A stretch of DNA of 64,000 nt from an uncultured Thermoleophilia bacterium. GTDB taxonomy: Bacteria; Actinomycetota; Thermoleophilia; UBA2241. Below the pieces are notes generated by a model, which was not told the DNA's origin, did not search any database, and was given only the letters and a program-made list of their open reading frames with translations. The DNA lies in NCBI GenBank assembly GCA_963791345.1, contig CAWBRS010000002.1, forward strand, positions 22,707 through 86,706, written 5' to 3'. How positions within the stretch are numbered: position 1 is the first letter of the stretch; every line of letters begins with the position of its first letter. Below, piece by piece: positions 1-10,536 of the stretch. The translations under genes and the position numbers were made by a program.

Positions 1-1
1 C

Positions 2-565
2 AACCTCGGCAAGGTGCGCCAGGACGAGAACGCCCTCTGGAGCCTCGGCCCCCATGACATCTCGGTGATCAACTACGTCACCGGCGAGGAGCCCGAGGAG
101 GTCTCGGCGCGCGGCGAGTGCTACCTGCAGGACGACGTCGAGGATGTCGTCTTCGGCTACATCAGGTACCCCAGCGGCATGGTCGGCCACCTGCACGTGA
201 GCTGGCTCGACCCGCACAAGAGCCGCAAGATCACCGTGGTCGGCTCCGACAAGATGGTCGTCTTCGACGACATGGAGGCCGACCGCAAGGTCACCGTCTA
301 CGACAAGGGCGCGACCACGACGCGCACGCAGTTCGAGACCTACGGCGAGTTCGTCACCCTGCACTTCGGCGACATCCACATCCCGAAGATCTCGAACGAG
401 GAGCCGCTGCGCATCGAGTGCCAGCACTTCGTCGACTGCGTCCGCGACGGCGCGCGGCCGCTCTCCGACGGGCGCGACGCGCTCAACGTCGTGCGCGTGC
501 TCGAAGCCATGGAGATCAGCCTGCGCGAGGGCGGCCGGCCGGTGAAGACGGCCGAGCTCGCCTGA
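2..565 (+). CDS. Gfo/Idh/MocA-family oxidoreductase (WbpB-like nucleotide-sugar dehydrogenase), 5'-truncated by window edge
   Basis: Motifs NLGKVRQDENALWSLGPHD, HVSWLDPHK, EPLRIECQHF typical of the family C-terminal half; adjacent to an N-acetyltransferase. Confidence 0.8.
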   Translation, partial: NLGKVRQDENALWSLGPHDISVINYVTGEEPEEVSARGECYLQDDVEDVVFGYIRYPSGMVGHLHVSWLDPHKSRKITVVGSDKMVVFDDMEADRKVTVYDKGATTTRTQFETYGEFVTLHFGDIHIPKISNEEPLRIECQHFVDCVRDGARPLSDGRDALNVVRVLEAMEISLREGGRPVKTAELA

Positions 566-611
566 GCGCGGCCGTCGGGCCGGCCGCCGGCCGCCCTGCA
601 AGGAGGTCACG

Positions 612-1325
612 GTGGCGCTGACACGCTCAGACCTGGGACACGACCTGCTGCTCGGCGAGAACGTGCGCCTCGGCGCCGGGGTGACGTTCGGCGCCCACGT
701 CGTGGTCTACGACGACACGGTGGTCGGCGACGGCTGCTTCGTCCAGGACGGCGCCGTGCTGGGCAAGGTGCCCTCGCTCTCCCCGACGAGCACGGCGAAG
801 CGCGGCGAGCTGGCGCCGCTCGAGCTCGGCGCCGGCTGCGTGATCAGCACCGGCGCCGTCGTCTACCGCGGCACCACGCTCGGCCCGGGCTGCATCCTCG
901 GCGACTACGCCGGCGTGCGCGAGCGCTGCACGCTGGGCGAGCGCGTCGTCGTCGGCCGCGGGAGCGTGGTCGAGAACGACACCACGATCGGCGCCTTCAC
1001 CAGGATCCAGACCGACGCCTACATCACCGCCTACATGACGATCGAGGACCACGTCTTCATCGCCCCCTGCGTGCGCACGACCAACGACAACTTCATGGGT
1101 CGCACCGAGAAGCGGCACGCGCTGATCAAGGGGCCGACGATCCGCCGCGGGGCGCGCGTCGGCGGCGGCGTGGTGCTCTGCCCGGGCATCGAGATCGGCG
1201 CGGAGGCCTTCATCGCCGCCGGCGCCGTAGTGACGAAGGACGCGCCGGCCGGCAAGGTCCTCATGGGCGTGCCGGCGCGCGTCGTGCGCGACGTCGCCGC
1301 CGAGGAGCTGCTCGAGAACCAGTGA
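612..1325 (+). CDS. Hexapeptide-repeat N-acetyltransferase (WbpD-like)
   Basis: Left-handed beta-helix hexapeptide repeats; VFIAPCVRTTND and AGAVVTKD...GVPARVVR motifs. Confidence 0.85.
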   Translation: MALTRSDLGHDLLLGENVRLGAGVTFGAHVVVYDDTVVGDGCFVQDGAVLGKVPSLSPTSTAKRGELAPLELGAGCVISTGAVVYRGTTLGPGCILGDYAGVRERCTLGERVVVGRGSVVENDTTIGAFTRIQTDAYITAYMTIEDHVFIAPCVRTTNDNFMGRTEKRHALIKGPTIRRGARVGGGVVLCPGIEIGAEAFIAAGAVVTKDAPAGKVLMGVPARVVRDVAAEELLENQ

Positions 1326-1349
1326 GCTGTCGCGGGTCGTGACCGGACG

Positions 1350-1379
1350 GAGGCCGGGCGCTCGCGAGCGCCCGGCCTC
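1350..1379. terminator. Perfect 30-bp palindrome between convergent genes (likely terminator)
   Basis: GAGGCCGGGCGCTCG|CGAGCGCCCGGCCTC. Confidence 0.55.
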
Positions 1380-1425
1380 ACGCGAACCTGCGCCTCACCC
1401 GCCCTCTCGGCGGGACCCGCCTTCC

Positions 1426-3263
1426 CTACCTGACCCGCCGATAGATCGACGTCGACCAGGTCGCGGCGTGTTGCTTGTCCTCGGGTGCGAAGGCGCGCAG
1501 CTTCCAGGTGCCGGTCGTGGGCAGCGCGATCTTGACCCGGTAGCGGCTGTAGGTGGAGTAGTCGATCGTCTTGCACCAGGCCGTCTTCTTCAGCACCCAG
1601 ACGCCGTCCGCGTTCTTGCGGTAGCAGTAGAGCTTCACGGCCTCGTTCCAGCCGGGCGAGTGGCGCGGCTTCAGGGTGCCGTAGACGACGAAGGCGACGT
1701 CCTCGTAGATGACGGTCCGGGGCGACGGGGGCACCGAGGTAGACCTTGGGCTTGACGACGACCACGGTGCTCGTGCTCGGCGCGTACTCGCCGACGCCCT
1801 CCCAGACGGCGCGGAACTTGTAGGCACGGGTCAGAGCCGGCGTCGGGGTCGTGCCGCCGTCGCTCGCCACCGTCGCGAAGGTCCTCCAGACGATGCCGTC
1901 GAGCGACTTCTGGACGTCCACGAGATGGCCGGCGAGAGCCGCCCCGAGCGCGTCGGTGAGGTGCACGGTCAGCGTCGTCGTGCCGTTGTAGGGGACGATC
2001 GTCGCCGCGGCGTCGAGTGTCAGCGTGCTGGCCAGACCCGGCGAGGCGGCGACCGTCTTCGAGCGCGGCCCCACGTTGGTCGCCTCGTCGGCGGCGCGCA
2101 CGTGGTAGTAGTAGTCCTCGCCGTTCGCCACGGTAGGTGTCCTCGAACGACGGCTCGGTCGACGTCCCCACGAGGACCGGCTGCGAGGTGTACTGGGCGA
2201 CGAGGACGATGTACGGGGACTCGCCGACCGGCACCGGGTCGCCCCAGCGATAGACGCGGTACTGCGTGACGCCGTCGGCGTCGGGCGCCGCGTCCCAGGC
2301 GAGGGCGACGCCGCCGTCGCCCGCGGTCGCCGTCAGCCCGGTCACCCGGGTCGGCGCCGTCTGGTCGGCGGCGCCGTAGGCGATGTCGACGTCGGCCACG
2401 GCGCCGGTGAAGCCCGGCGCGCCGAGCGGCCAGATCGCCGCACCGATGCGGACGTTGAAGGTCTTGCCGACCGGCACGGCGAGCGAGAAGTCGCCGGCGT
2501 TCCCGGCCGGTCCGTGGTCCTCGTCGTCGACGACGCCGTTGCCGTCGTCGTCGACGCCGTTCGGCTCCGTGCGGCCGAGCGACCAGACGGCGGTGCCGCC
2601 GACCGGGATGGCGTCGACGCGCTTGCCGCCGGCCTGGGCAGTGGCGATGCCGTTGTGGACCCAGAAGGCCGGCGTCGCCCCGACGATCTTGGCCGCGGGG
2701 TCGATGACGGTGACGGCCGGCGGCTCGGCGTTGTTGAGGACGGGCGCGTCGGCGACGCCCGACCTGGCGCAGCGAGACGAGGAGGTAGTAGGTGCCGGCC
2801 TTGGCCGCGTCCCCGAACTTGAAGCCGTACCAGGTGTCGCCCGGCGAGAAGGCGCCGTTGCTGCCGGTCGTGATGGTCGGGAAGTGCGTCCAGTCCTCGC
2901 GCTCCTGCACCCACCTGCCGCTGCCGCCGTTCCAGGTGAAGCCGCGGTTCGTCGGCGTCCACCGGGTCCGGCGTCTTGACTCAGGCGGATCTTGTAGTAG
3001 TACGCCGTGCTCGGCAGGAGCGAGGGGGTCTCTGCGACCACGGTGGCGCCGAAGCGCAGGAAGTAGACCGAGTGGTCGTTCGCCACGTAGAGCGGGAACT
3101 CGTCGACTCTCGGTCCGCCGAGGTAGGTGCCGTCCGCGAGCGCCGCCGGCGCGAACAGCGCGCTGCCGGCGACGACAAGGACGACGGCCAGCAGTACCAG
3201 CCGGAGATGTCGCCGCCGGGACGGCCTAAGGGCGCGGTCGCCCGCGTGGGTGTGCCTGTGCAT
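1426..3263 (-). CDS. Secreted surface protein with Ca-binding DxDxNG motif, fibronectin type III domain and C-terminal Ig-like domains (several frameshifts; paralog of 7516-9349)
   Basis: Signal peptide ending PAALA; pieces in ORFs 1671-3263, 2020-2910, 1031-2131 and 1426-1827 align collinearly with the near-intact paralog; RBS AGGAGGGGACC-ATG. Confidence 0.7.
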
Positions 3264-3339
3264 GGTCCCCTCCTGCCCCTTCGCTGCGTGGCTGACGAAG
3301 GCGAGCGGGCACGGCTCGCGATTTGAGTGTACTGCCCTC

Positions 3340-3390
3340 CCGAAACCTTCGATGTGTACAAGATTCGCGCGCGCGAGCGGCGGGTGTCAA
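3340..3390 (-). promoter_or_regulatory. Putative sigma-70 promoter with GAAACCTT box
   Basis: TTGACA on minus strand (3385-3390); GAAACCTT (3342-3349) also occurs at 10401-10408. Confidence 0.4.
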
Positions 3391-3521
3391 GGGCGAGGCT
3401 CGCCGGCAGCCTGCGCCCGCGGGGCACGCGCCAGCGCGCCCGGCAGGATCGCGCGGGCCTTCCGGGTCCCTTGTCCTTCGGCCGCGACGGTGTGCCGTGC
3501 CTCGCGACCGTGCTGCCGGCC

Positions 3522-4322
3522 TCAGTCCGATGGCGTGACGCGTGGCGACACCGGCGGAGCGGCGTCGATCGTGCGCGGGCCGACGGCGAACCATCCGCCG
3601 GCCGCGTCACGCTGCACCGGCACCACCGGCACGCCTGCCCAGAGGCGCGGGCGGAGCCAGTCGTCGTGGCGCACGGTGTCGCCGGGTGCCGGCACCGGGC
3701 CGTCACGGTCGACGGCGAGCACGGCGATGCCGAGCGCCTCGAGGTCGCCGACAGCGATCGGGTCGGGGAGCTCACGGAGAGGGACGCGGTAGTCGATGAG
3801 GCGGCCGCTCCAGCCGTGGGCCGTGAGGCCCACGCCGGCGGCCGCCCCGATGATCCCGTCCTGCGTCCCGCCGTGCCCGGAGAGATGGGCTCCGGCGGCG
3901 GCGAACCGCGCCTCGGCCTGGGTCACCACCTCGATGGCGGCGCGCCGGCCGAAGGCGATGAGCGCCGGCAGGGCGCCCGAGTCCCCGGCGGCGACGCAGA
4001 GACCCGGGTCGCTGCCCTCCATCCAGTGACGCTCCAGGTGAGCGGCGGCGCGGCTCACGATGTCGGCGAGCTCGGCCGGCGACGGGCTCGCCTCCCCTCC
4101 ACCCGGCTCTCGCTCGAGCACGCACACGGCCGCGCTGTTGTGCGACGTGTACGGCACGTCGGGGTGCACGAGGAGCTGCTGGCGCACGACCGCCCACATC
4201 GTCCAGCCCTCGGGCAGCTCGTCGGCGAACCAGCGCCCGACCTTGCCGGTGCCGCGGTCGGCGTCGATCGTGTCGGTGTCGTCGAAGGCGACGTACACGC
4301 GGGGACGTCGCACCCCGGTCAC
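3522..4322 (-). CDS. TiaS N-terminal-like (DDTD motif) protein of unknown function
   Basis: VAFDDTD...GTG, RQQLLVHPDVPYTSHNS, SDPGLCV, GIIGAAAG motifs resemble the TiaS/DUF1743 core; no OB or Zn-ribbon domains. Confidence 0.6.
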   Translation of the reverse strand: MTGVRRPRVYVAFDDTDTIDADRGTGKVGRWFADELPEGWTMWAVVRQQLLVHPDVPYTSHNSAAVCVLEREPGGGEASPSPAELADIVSRAAAHLERHWMEGSDPGLCVAAGDSGALPALIAFGRRAAIEVVTQAEARFAAAGAHLSGHGGTQDGIIGAAAGVGLTAHGWSGRLIDYRVPLRELPDPIAVGDLEALGIAVLAVDRDGPVPAPGDTVRHDDWLRPRLWAGVPVVPVQRDAAGGWFAVGPRTIDAAPPVSPRVTPSD

Positions 4323-6419
4323 GCGGTGACCTCACGGCGCGAGGCCGCGGGCGCGGGCGAGACCGTGCCCGCGGCGGCGGGGCTGTCGCTCGCCGCGTCG
4401 TGGTCGAGTGTGGCGAGCCGCCGGTGCTCGCGCTCGGCGCGGAGCACGACGAGGGCGACGGCCGCGCCGGCGAGCGCGAGCCCGGCAAGCGGCGGCCAGT
4501 ACGGCGCCCCTTCGTCGTCCTCGGCGCTTCCCGCACTCGCCGCCCCCGTCGAGCCCGCACCCACCGCCGCCATGGGATAGCCGCTCACCGCGGTCGCGGC
4601 GCCGTCGGCGCCGGTCCCCGCCGCGAGCGCCTCGCCGGCCGCGCTGCCGCCGGTCTCGGCCGCGGTGCCCGTGCCGCTGTCGCCGACTCCGTCGCCCGTC
4701 GCCGAGCCGCTCCCCGTCCCCGTGCCGGTCGACCCCGTCCCGCTGACGGTCACCGTGCCGTCCACGGCCGTGGCGTCGGGGTCGTACGGCACGGCGGTCA
4801 CCGTCGTCGGCGTCGAGGTGTCCCCGTCGTCGGCGACGGTCACGGCCTGGTACTCGAGGGTGACGGCGTCGACGACAGGGGTGATGCGCAGCGTGCCGGT
4901 CACGCAGCGTGACGCGGTAGGCGAGGGCGGCGCCCACCGTCGTCACGGGGAGCGCCGCGACGAGGTCGTCGGAGAACGGCGCCGTTCGCCAGGTCTGGCC
5001 GTCCAGGCTGTAGTCGAGCACGAGCGCGGTCGTGGAGGGCAGGCCGGCCTCGAGCGCGATCCGCGTCCAGCGCTTGGCGGTGCCCGGGCGGCCGCCGTCG
5101 AGAAGGACCGACGCGGCGGCCGCGCGTGCCGCCACGCCGATGTCGAGGACCTGCCCGAACGCGGTGTCCGCGGTCACGAGGGAGCCCCCGAGCCCCAGGG
5201 TGGCCGCCCGCGGCTCCGCGGTGTCGGTCGCCGTGGCCGTGCCCGGGCGTCCTATGGTGCGCAGGTCCCAGCGTCGCAGGATCGCCCCGCGGCGCGAGAC
5301 CTCGAGCACGCGGCCGTTGTTGGTGTCGGCGATGAGGGTCGCCCCGGTGCTCAGGCGCTCGGCGTACGTGGGGTCGGACAGGTGAAGGTCGTCCGAGCCA
5401 GGCTCGGCGGTGACGCCGAACTGCCAGACGATGCTGTCGGCGGTGTACCCGAGATCGGGGGCGTCGGCGTCGTAGTCGCTCGCCCGCACCTCGATCACCC
5501 GCTGGCCGTCGGCGTCGCAGATGAGCACGTTGCCGTTGTCGAGGCGCTGGGGCGAGCGCGGCTTCATCAGCAGGCCGGGAGCGCTGCCGTACTCCCCGGC
5601 GACGCCGTACTGCCACACGATGCTGGCGGCCGTGAACCCGTGATCCGGAGCGCCTTCGACGTAGTCGTCGTAGCGGATCTCGATGACGCGGTTGCCGCCG
5701 TTGTTGTCGGCGATCAGCACGCGACCGTCGCGGTACGCGGCGAAGAACGGATCGGCGAGCTGGTCGACCCCGAGCCCGGGCTGATCGGTCTTGCCGTACT
5801 GCCAGACGAGCCGCTTGTCCTGGTCGACGGCGAAGACGCGCGCCGCCCAGCGGTCGGCGATGAGGGTGAGCTCACGACCGCCGGCCACGAAGCGCCGGGC
5901 CGAGAACGGCCTCACGAACGCCGCGTCGTCCTCGTGCGTGTAGGTCCACACCAGGGCGCCGCCGGCGGTGATCTCGGCGACGATCTGACGCTCGCGATCG
6001 GTGACCAGCAGGTGCCCGTCGGGCAGGACCTGGACGCTGCGCGGGTCGGCTGTGGCGTCGGGGCCCGGATACGCCTGCATCAGCGGCGAGTCGGGGCCGA
6101 GCAGCAAGGTCGCCGTGGTCCGCAGGCGCAGGGCCTGGTCGGCCCCGTCGATGAGCTCGAGCGTCTCGGGCAGCGGCGTGAACGTGAACGGGCGCGCGAG
6201 GGTGCCCTCGGTGATCGTGGTCGCGCCGGCCGGGGCGGCGAGGGCGAGGCTCGTGGCCGCGAGGGCCAGCACGGCGGCGATGCGGGCGAGACCGGAGGCG
6301 ACGGCAGCGAGACCGGAGGCGACGCGGGTGCGCGCCCGGGCGGGACGGGCGAGGCCGCCGCGGCGGGGGGTGAGCGGCGGGCGCGTCGCCCGCGGCGGCG
6401 TGGCCGGCCGGGGCCTCAT
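4319..6419 (-). CDS. Secreted beta-propeller protein (NHL/arylsulfotransferase-like repeats) with Gly/Thr/Ser linker and C-terminal membrane anchor; frameshift near 4900
   Basis: Repeated IVWQYG / NGNVLIxD / RVIEV blades; signal peptide ending APAGA; C-terminal hydrophobic helix followed by basic residues. Confidence 0.65.
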
Positions 6420-7042
6420 GGCGCGTCCTGACTCGTCAGCCGGGCGGGCTCCGCCGGGGCGCGCGCCCGACGGGCGTCCGAGGGTGTGAACATGGGGATC
6501 CTCCGCAGCTCGCGCAGCAGCAGGGCGCCGATCACGCCGCCGAGCGCGCCGAAGACGACGTGGGTCGTCGTCGACACGCCGAGGCCCAGCACGATGAAGC
6601 CGGCGGGCAGCTGCAGGGCGAGCGACACCAGCAGCATGGCGGCGAGCTTGCCGAGATGCGCGACGGCGCCGACGAGCGCCGCCTTCCACAGCGCCGTCAG
6701 CGGCCCGGGCAGGACCAGTACCATGATCTCGAGCAGGACGCCGGCGGCGAAGTACTTCGTCCATTCGAAGGGCCCCGCCCGGCCCATGCCGAGGAAGGTC
6801 GCGACGGCGCCGGCCACCCCGCCGAGCACGAGGCCGGCACCGGGCTTGTCGACCAGTCCCCTGCCGACGACGAGGAGCGAGATCCACAGGAGGCCTGAGT
6901 GACCGGGCACGTGGATCGGCGTCCTCAGGAACGCCTTGGCCAGCATGGCGAGGTCGGCGACCAGCACGAGCAGGAGCAGGTCCCGCAGCGTGAGCGACCA
7001 GAGGTAGGTCGTGCGTTCAGCGAACGGCGATCTCGACGACAT
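6416..7042 (-). CDS. ECF transporter S-component-like membrane protein
   Basis: About 190-aa core with 5-6 hydrophobic helices, PIHVPGHSGLLW motif, C-terminal HVVFGALGG. Confidence 0.55.
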   Translation of the reverse strand: MSSRSPFAERTTYLWSLTLRDLLLLVLVADLAMLAKAFLRTPIHVPGHSGLLWISLLVVGRGLVDKPGAGLVLGGVAGAVATFLGMGRAGPFEWTKYFAAGVLLEIMVLVLPGPLTALWKAALVGAVAHLGKLAAMLLVSLALQLPAGFIVLGLGVSTTTHVVFGALGGVIGALLLRELRRIPMFTPSDARRARAPAEPARLTSQDAP

Positions 7043-7502
7043 CCCTGACCCTTTCGCGCCACGACAGCTCGGGGCTCACGATCTTCACCGTGCCGCGCTC
7101 GGCGAAGTCGAGGACCACCCGGGCATCCACCTTCTCCGCGGTCAGCACGAGGTGACCTCCGTCGCGCACCCCCATGCCGGTGATCTCGACCTCGCTGAAG
7201 TCGTCGCCGACGCCGGCGGCCTCCAGGACGGCGAGCAGCGACGGACCCTCCTGCGCCTTGCCCTCGGCCGTGATGCTGACGGTCGGCAGCGCTTCGAGGT
7301 CGGCGACGGCGAAGGTGCGCAGCAGCTCGCCGTCGCGGGTCACGACGACGCTGTACACGGATACCGGCGGGCCGTCGTCGCCCGAGGCGCCGCCGGCGAT
7401 CTGTCGTTCGGCGGCCCACGCCGCCGCGACGACGAGGAGAAGCGCCGCCGCGGCCAGAAGGCCGCGGCGGCGCGTGCCCGAGCGTGTCGGGGTCTCCGTC
7501 AC
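7017..7502 (-). CDS. Membrane-anchored protein with molybdopterin-oxidoreductase-like (pterin-binding) domain
   Basis: N-terminal TM; FAVADLEALP, EGPSLLAVLEAAGV, VRDVVEIAV pattern of Oxidored_molyb-like small proteins; no obvious Mo-ligating Cys. Confidence 0.45.
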   Translation of the reverse strand: MTETPTRSGTRRRGLLAAAALLLVVAAAWAAERQIAGGASGDDGPPVSVYSVVVTRDGELLRTFAVADLEALPTVSITAEGKAQEGPSLLAVLEAAGVGDDFSEVEITGMGVRDGGHLVLTAEKVDARVVLDFAERGTVKIVSPELSWRERVRDVVEIAVR

Positions 7503-7515
7503 GCTCGCCTTCGCC

Positions 7516-9349
7516 TCACTTCACCGTCAGGTAGTGCGACGGTCGACCAGGTGGCCGCGTGCCGGTCGTCCTCGGGGGCGTAGGCGCGGAGCTTCCAGGT
7601 CCCCGTCGAGCCGAGGTAGATCGTCACCCGGTACTTGCTGTAGGTGAGGTAGTCCACGGTCTTGCACCAGACGGCCTTCTTCAACACCCAGGTGCCGGTG
7701 TCGGGGTTCTTCTTGTAGCAGTAGAGCTTCACCGCTTCGTTCCAGCCCGGTGTGTGGCGTGGCTGCAGGGTGCCCTCGACGCGGAACTCGACGTACTTCT
7801 TCACCGTCGTCGGGGCGTCGGGGTTCTGCAGGGCGACCTTGGGCTTGACCAGCACGTAGTCGCTCGTGCTCGCACCGTACTCGTCGGCCCCGGCCCAGGT
7901 GGCGCGGAACTTCATGGCGCGGGTGAGGGCGGGGGTGACCGCGGTGCCGCCGTCGCTCTCGACGGTGGCGAAGGTCGTCCACGTGACCCCGTCGAGCGAG
8001 CTCTGCACGTCGACCAGGTAGCCCGCCAGCGGCGCGGCCAGAGTGTCGGTCAGGTGCACGGTGAGCGTCGTCGTGCCCTTGTACGGCACGATCGTCGCCG
8101 CGGCTGCGATGGTCAGGGCGGTGGGCACGCGCGGCGCGCCCGTGACCTCGTTCGACCGCGGGCCGACGTTGGTCGCCGCGTCGACGGCGCGCACGACGTA
8201 GTAGTAGTCCTCGCCGTTGGTGACGTCGGTGTCCTCGCAGGTGGTCTCCGTGGTCGTCGCGAGCAGCCGCGGCTGCGGCGTGTAGGCGATGACGTCGCCG
8301 ATCGGCGTGGGGTCGGTCCAGCGGTAGACGCGGTACTCGGTCACCCCGTCCGCCTCGTCCGCAGCGTGCCAGGAGAGCGACACGGAGGCGTCGCCGGAGA
8401 CGGCCTGGAGGCCGGTCACCTTGGCGGGCGGTGTCTGGTCGGCGTTGCCCCAGGCGAGGTCGACGTCGCTGGTGAGCGCGGCCTGCAGTGGGCTGAGCGG
8501 GACCACCGGCGGCCAGACGACGCTCTGCAGGCGGACGTCGAAGGCCATCCCCGACGGGACGGCGAGCGAGAAGTCGCCGGTCGCCCCGGCGGGCCCGAAG
8601 TCCTCGTTGTCGACGACGCCGTCGCCGTCCTCGTCGACGAGGTTGAGCTCGGTCCGGCTCAGCGCCCAGATCGGATCACCCAGGCCCGAGGGCACGACGT
8701 CGACGCGCTTGGCATTCGACGCCGTGGTGGCGATGCCGTTGTGGACCCAGAAGGCAGGCGTCGCGCCGACCAGCGTCCCCGACGGGTCGACGACGGTGAC
8801 CGCCGGCGGGCCCGCGTTGTTCATCGTCGTCCCCGCGCCGCCGTCGACGGGCTGCAGCGAGACGAGGATGTAGTAGGTGCCGCTCTTGGTGACGTCGGCG
8901 AACTTGAAGGCGAACCACTGGCTGCCGGGCAGGTAGGCTCCGTCGTCGTCACTCGTGATGATGGGGAACTCGATCCACTCGGCACGCTCCTGGGCCCAGA
9001 GCCCGGTGGCGGGGTTCCAGGTGAAGCCACGGTTGGCGCTGCCCGCCGGCTCCGGCGTCGGGCTGAGGCGGATCTTGACGTAGTACTGGGTGTTCGGGAG
9101 TAGCCAGGGCGTCTCGCCCTCGGCGACCGCCGGGATGCTGAAGCGCAGCGTGCTCACCGAGTGGTCGTTGGCGACGTAGACCGGGAAGTCGCCCTCCTGC
9201 GGGCCACCGACGTAGGTCGTGGCCGCCATCGCCGCCGGCGCGAACAGCACCAGCGCCGCGACGACGGCGAGCATCACGAACAGCGTGACCCGCCAGCGCC
9301 TGCCGGCCCGTGCCGTCGCCGTAGTGCCCGTGACTTCGTGCCTCTGCAT
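7516..9349 (-). CDS. Secreted surface protein with DEDGDGVVDNED Ca-binding motif, FN3 domain and C-terminal Ig-like domains
   Basis: ATG 9349 with RBS AGGAGGGG; signal peptide; FN3 motif YYYVVRAVDAATNVGPRS; probable 1-nt frameshift near 7540 restores ...SHYLTVK*. Confidence 0.75.
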
Positions 9350-9390
9350 GGTCCCCTCCTGTAGTGGGTTCCCCCGACGGCCTCTGAGCC

Positions 9391-10389
9391 TCACGCCGTG
9401 AGCTGCTCCATGTGGCCGGTGGCGGCCGCCGAGTAGCCGTCGAGGCGCTCGACGGCGGCCGGGAAGTCCGGGGTACGGATGCACGCGACGAGCGCCTGGA
9501 GGCGTTGCTCCTCGAGGCGCTCGCGCGGGATGACCAGGTCGTAGCGCTCCTGGTAGAGCGGGATGAAATCGAGGTCGTGGCGTCGGGCGGCGACCTCGAG
9601 GCCGACGCCGGCGTCGGCGAGGCCCGCCGCCACGATACGGGCGACCTCGTCGTGGGTGAGGGCGTCGGCGACCGGAGTCGTCAGGGCCGAGGCCGGGATG
9701 CCGGCGTGCGCCAGCAGCTCGTCGACGCGCACGCGCGTGCCCGAGCCCGAGTTGCGGCTCACGAAGCGCGCCCGCCGGGCGGCCACCGTGCCCAGATCCT
9801 CGAGCCCCAGGGGGTTGCCGGGCGCGACCATCAGCCCGGCGCGGCGGTCGGCGAGGGTGACGAGCGTCAGCTGCCTGCCCGGGAAGAGATGGCGGACGTG
9901 CGAGTGGTTCGTGCCGCCGTCGGGGTCGGGCAGATGGCAGCCGCAGCAGTCGCCGACGCCCTGGCGCAGGGCGATGAGTCCCTCGAGGCTGCCCATGGCG
10001 AGGTTGACGAGGTCGAGGGCTTCCGGCCCCTCGCGGAGGTGGTCGGCGAGCAGGTCCAGCGCGGGGTCGTCGCTGCCGACGGCGACGACGATGGTGCGCT
10101 CCTCGTCCTCCGGGAGCAGGACCAGGCTGACGGCGAACGCGCGCCCGGTCGCGCGGTAGAACTTCTCGACGTACCCCTTCTCCTTGTGCTCGCCGGCCGG
10201 CTCGACCAGCCCGGCCTGCTCGAGAGAGAGGACGTGATGGCGGACCCAGGCCGGGTGGTGACCGAGAGCCTCGCCGAGCTGCGTGAGCGTCCCCGGCCTG
10301 CTCATCAGGCGGCGCAGGATCGCCAGGCGCTCGGGGCGGGCGAGCACCTTGAGGGTCGCGACGTCGGTGATGTGACGGACTTTGTCCAT
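9391..10389 (-). CDS. Transcriptional regulator: ArsR-type HTH fused to periplasmic molybdate-binding-like (PBP_like) domain
   Basis: N-terminal LKVLARPERLAIL HTH; C-terminal GSDDPAL, MGSLEGL, GLMVAPGNP, FVSRNSGSGTR, ADAGVG, FIPLYQERYDLV. Confidence 0.8.
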   Translation of the reverse strand: MDKVRHITDVATLKVLARPERLAILRRLMSRPGTLTQLGEALGHHPAWVRHHVLSLEQAGLVEPAGEHKEKGYVEKFYRATGRAFAVSLVLLPEDEERTIVVAVGSDDPALDLLADHLREGPEALDLVNLAMGSLEGLIALRQGVGDCCGCHLPDPDGGTNHSHVRHLFPGRQLTLVTLADRRAGLMVAPGNPLGLEDLGTVAARRARFVSRNSGSGTRVRVDELLAHAGIPASALTTPVADALTHDEVARIVAAGLADAGVGLEVAARRHDLDFIPLYQERYDLVIPRERLEEQRLQALVACIRTPDFPAAVERLDGYSAAATGHMEQLTA

Positions 10390-10394
10390 AAACG

Positions 10395-10447
10395 CTAAGG
10401 GAAACCTTAGTAGGACGGAGCATCGTGCCCGGACGCCGTGCTGTCAA
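10395..10447 (-). promoter_or_regulatory. Promoter with inverted-repeat operator upstream of regulator
   Basis: CTAAGG-GAAA-CCTTAG (10395-10410) just upstream of the ATG; TTGACA on minus strand at 10442-10447. Confidence 0.5.
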
Positions 10448-10536
10448 GTCGGCGCGAGCGCCGCGGGCTCGCTTGAGCCGGCCGGCGTGGGGGGAGAATC
10501 AGGAGTGAAGTACTCCTTCTACCTTGCGGAGGCACT

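Noticed and set aside
3265-3340. Moco riboswitch in the leader of the FN3 gene
   Set aside because: Context is suggestive, but I could not identify the conserved multi-stem consensus.
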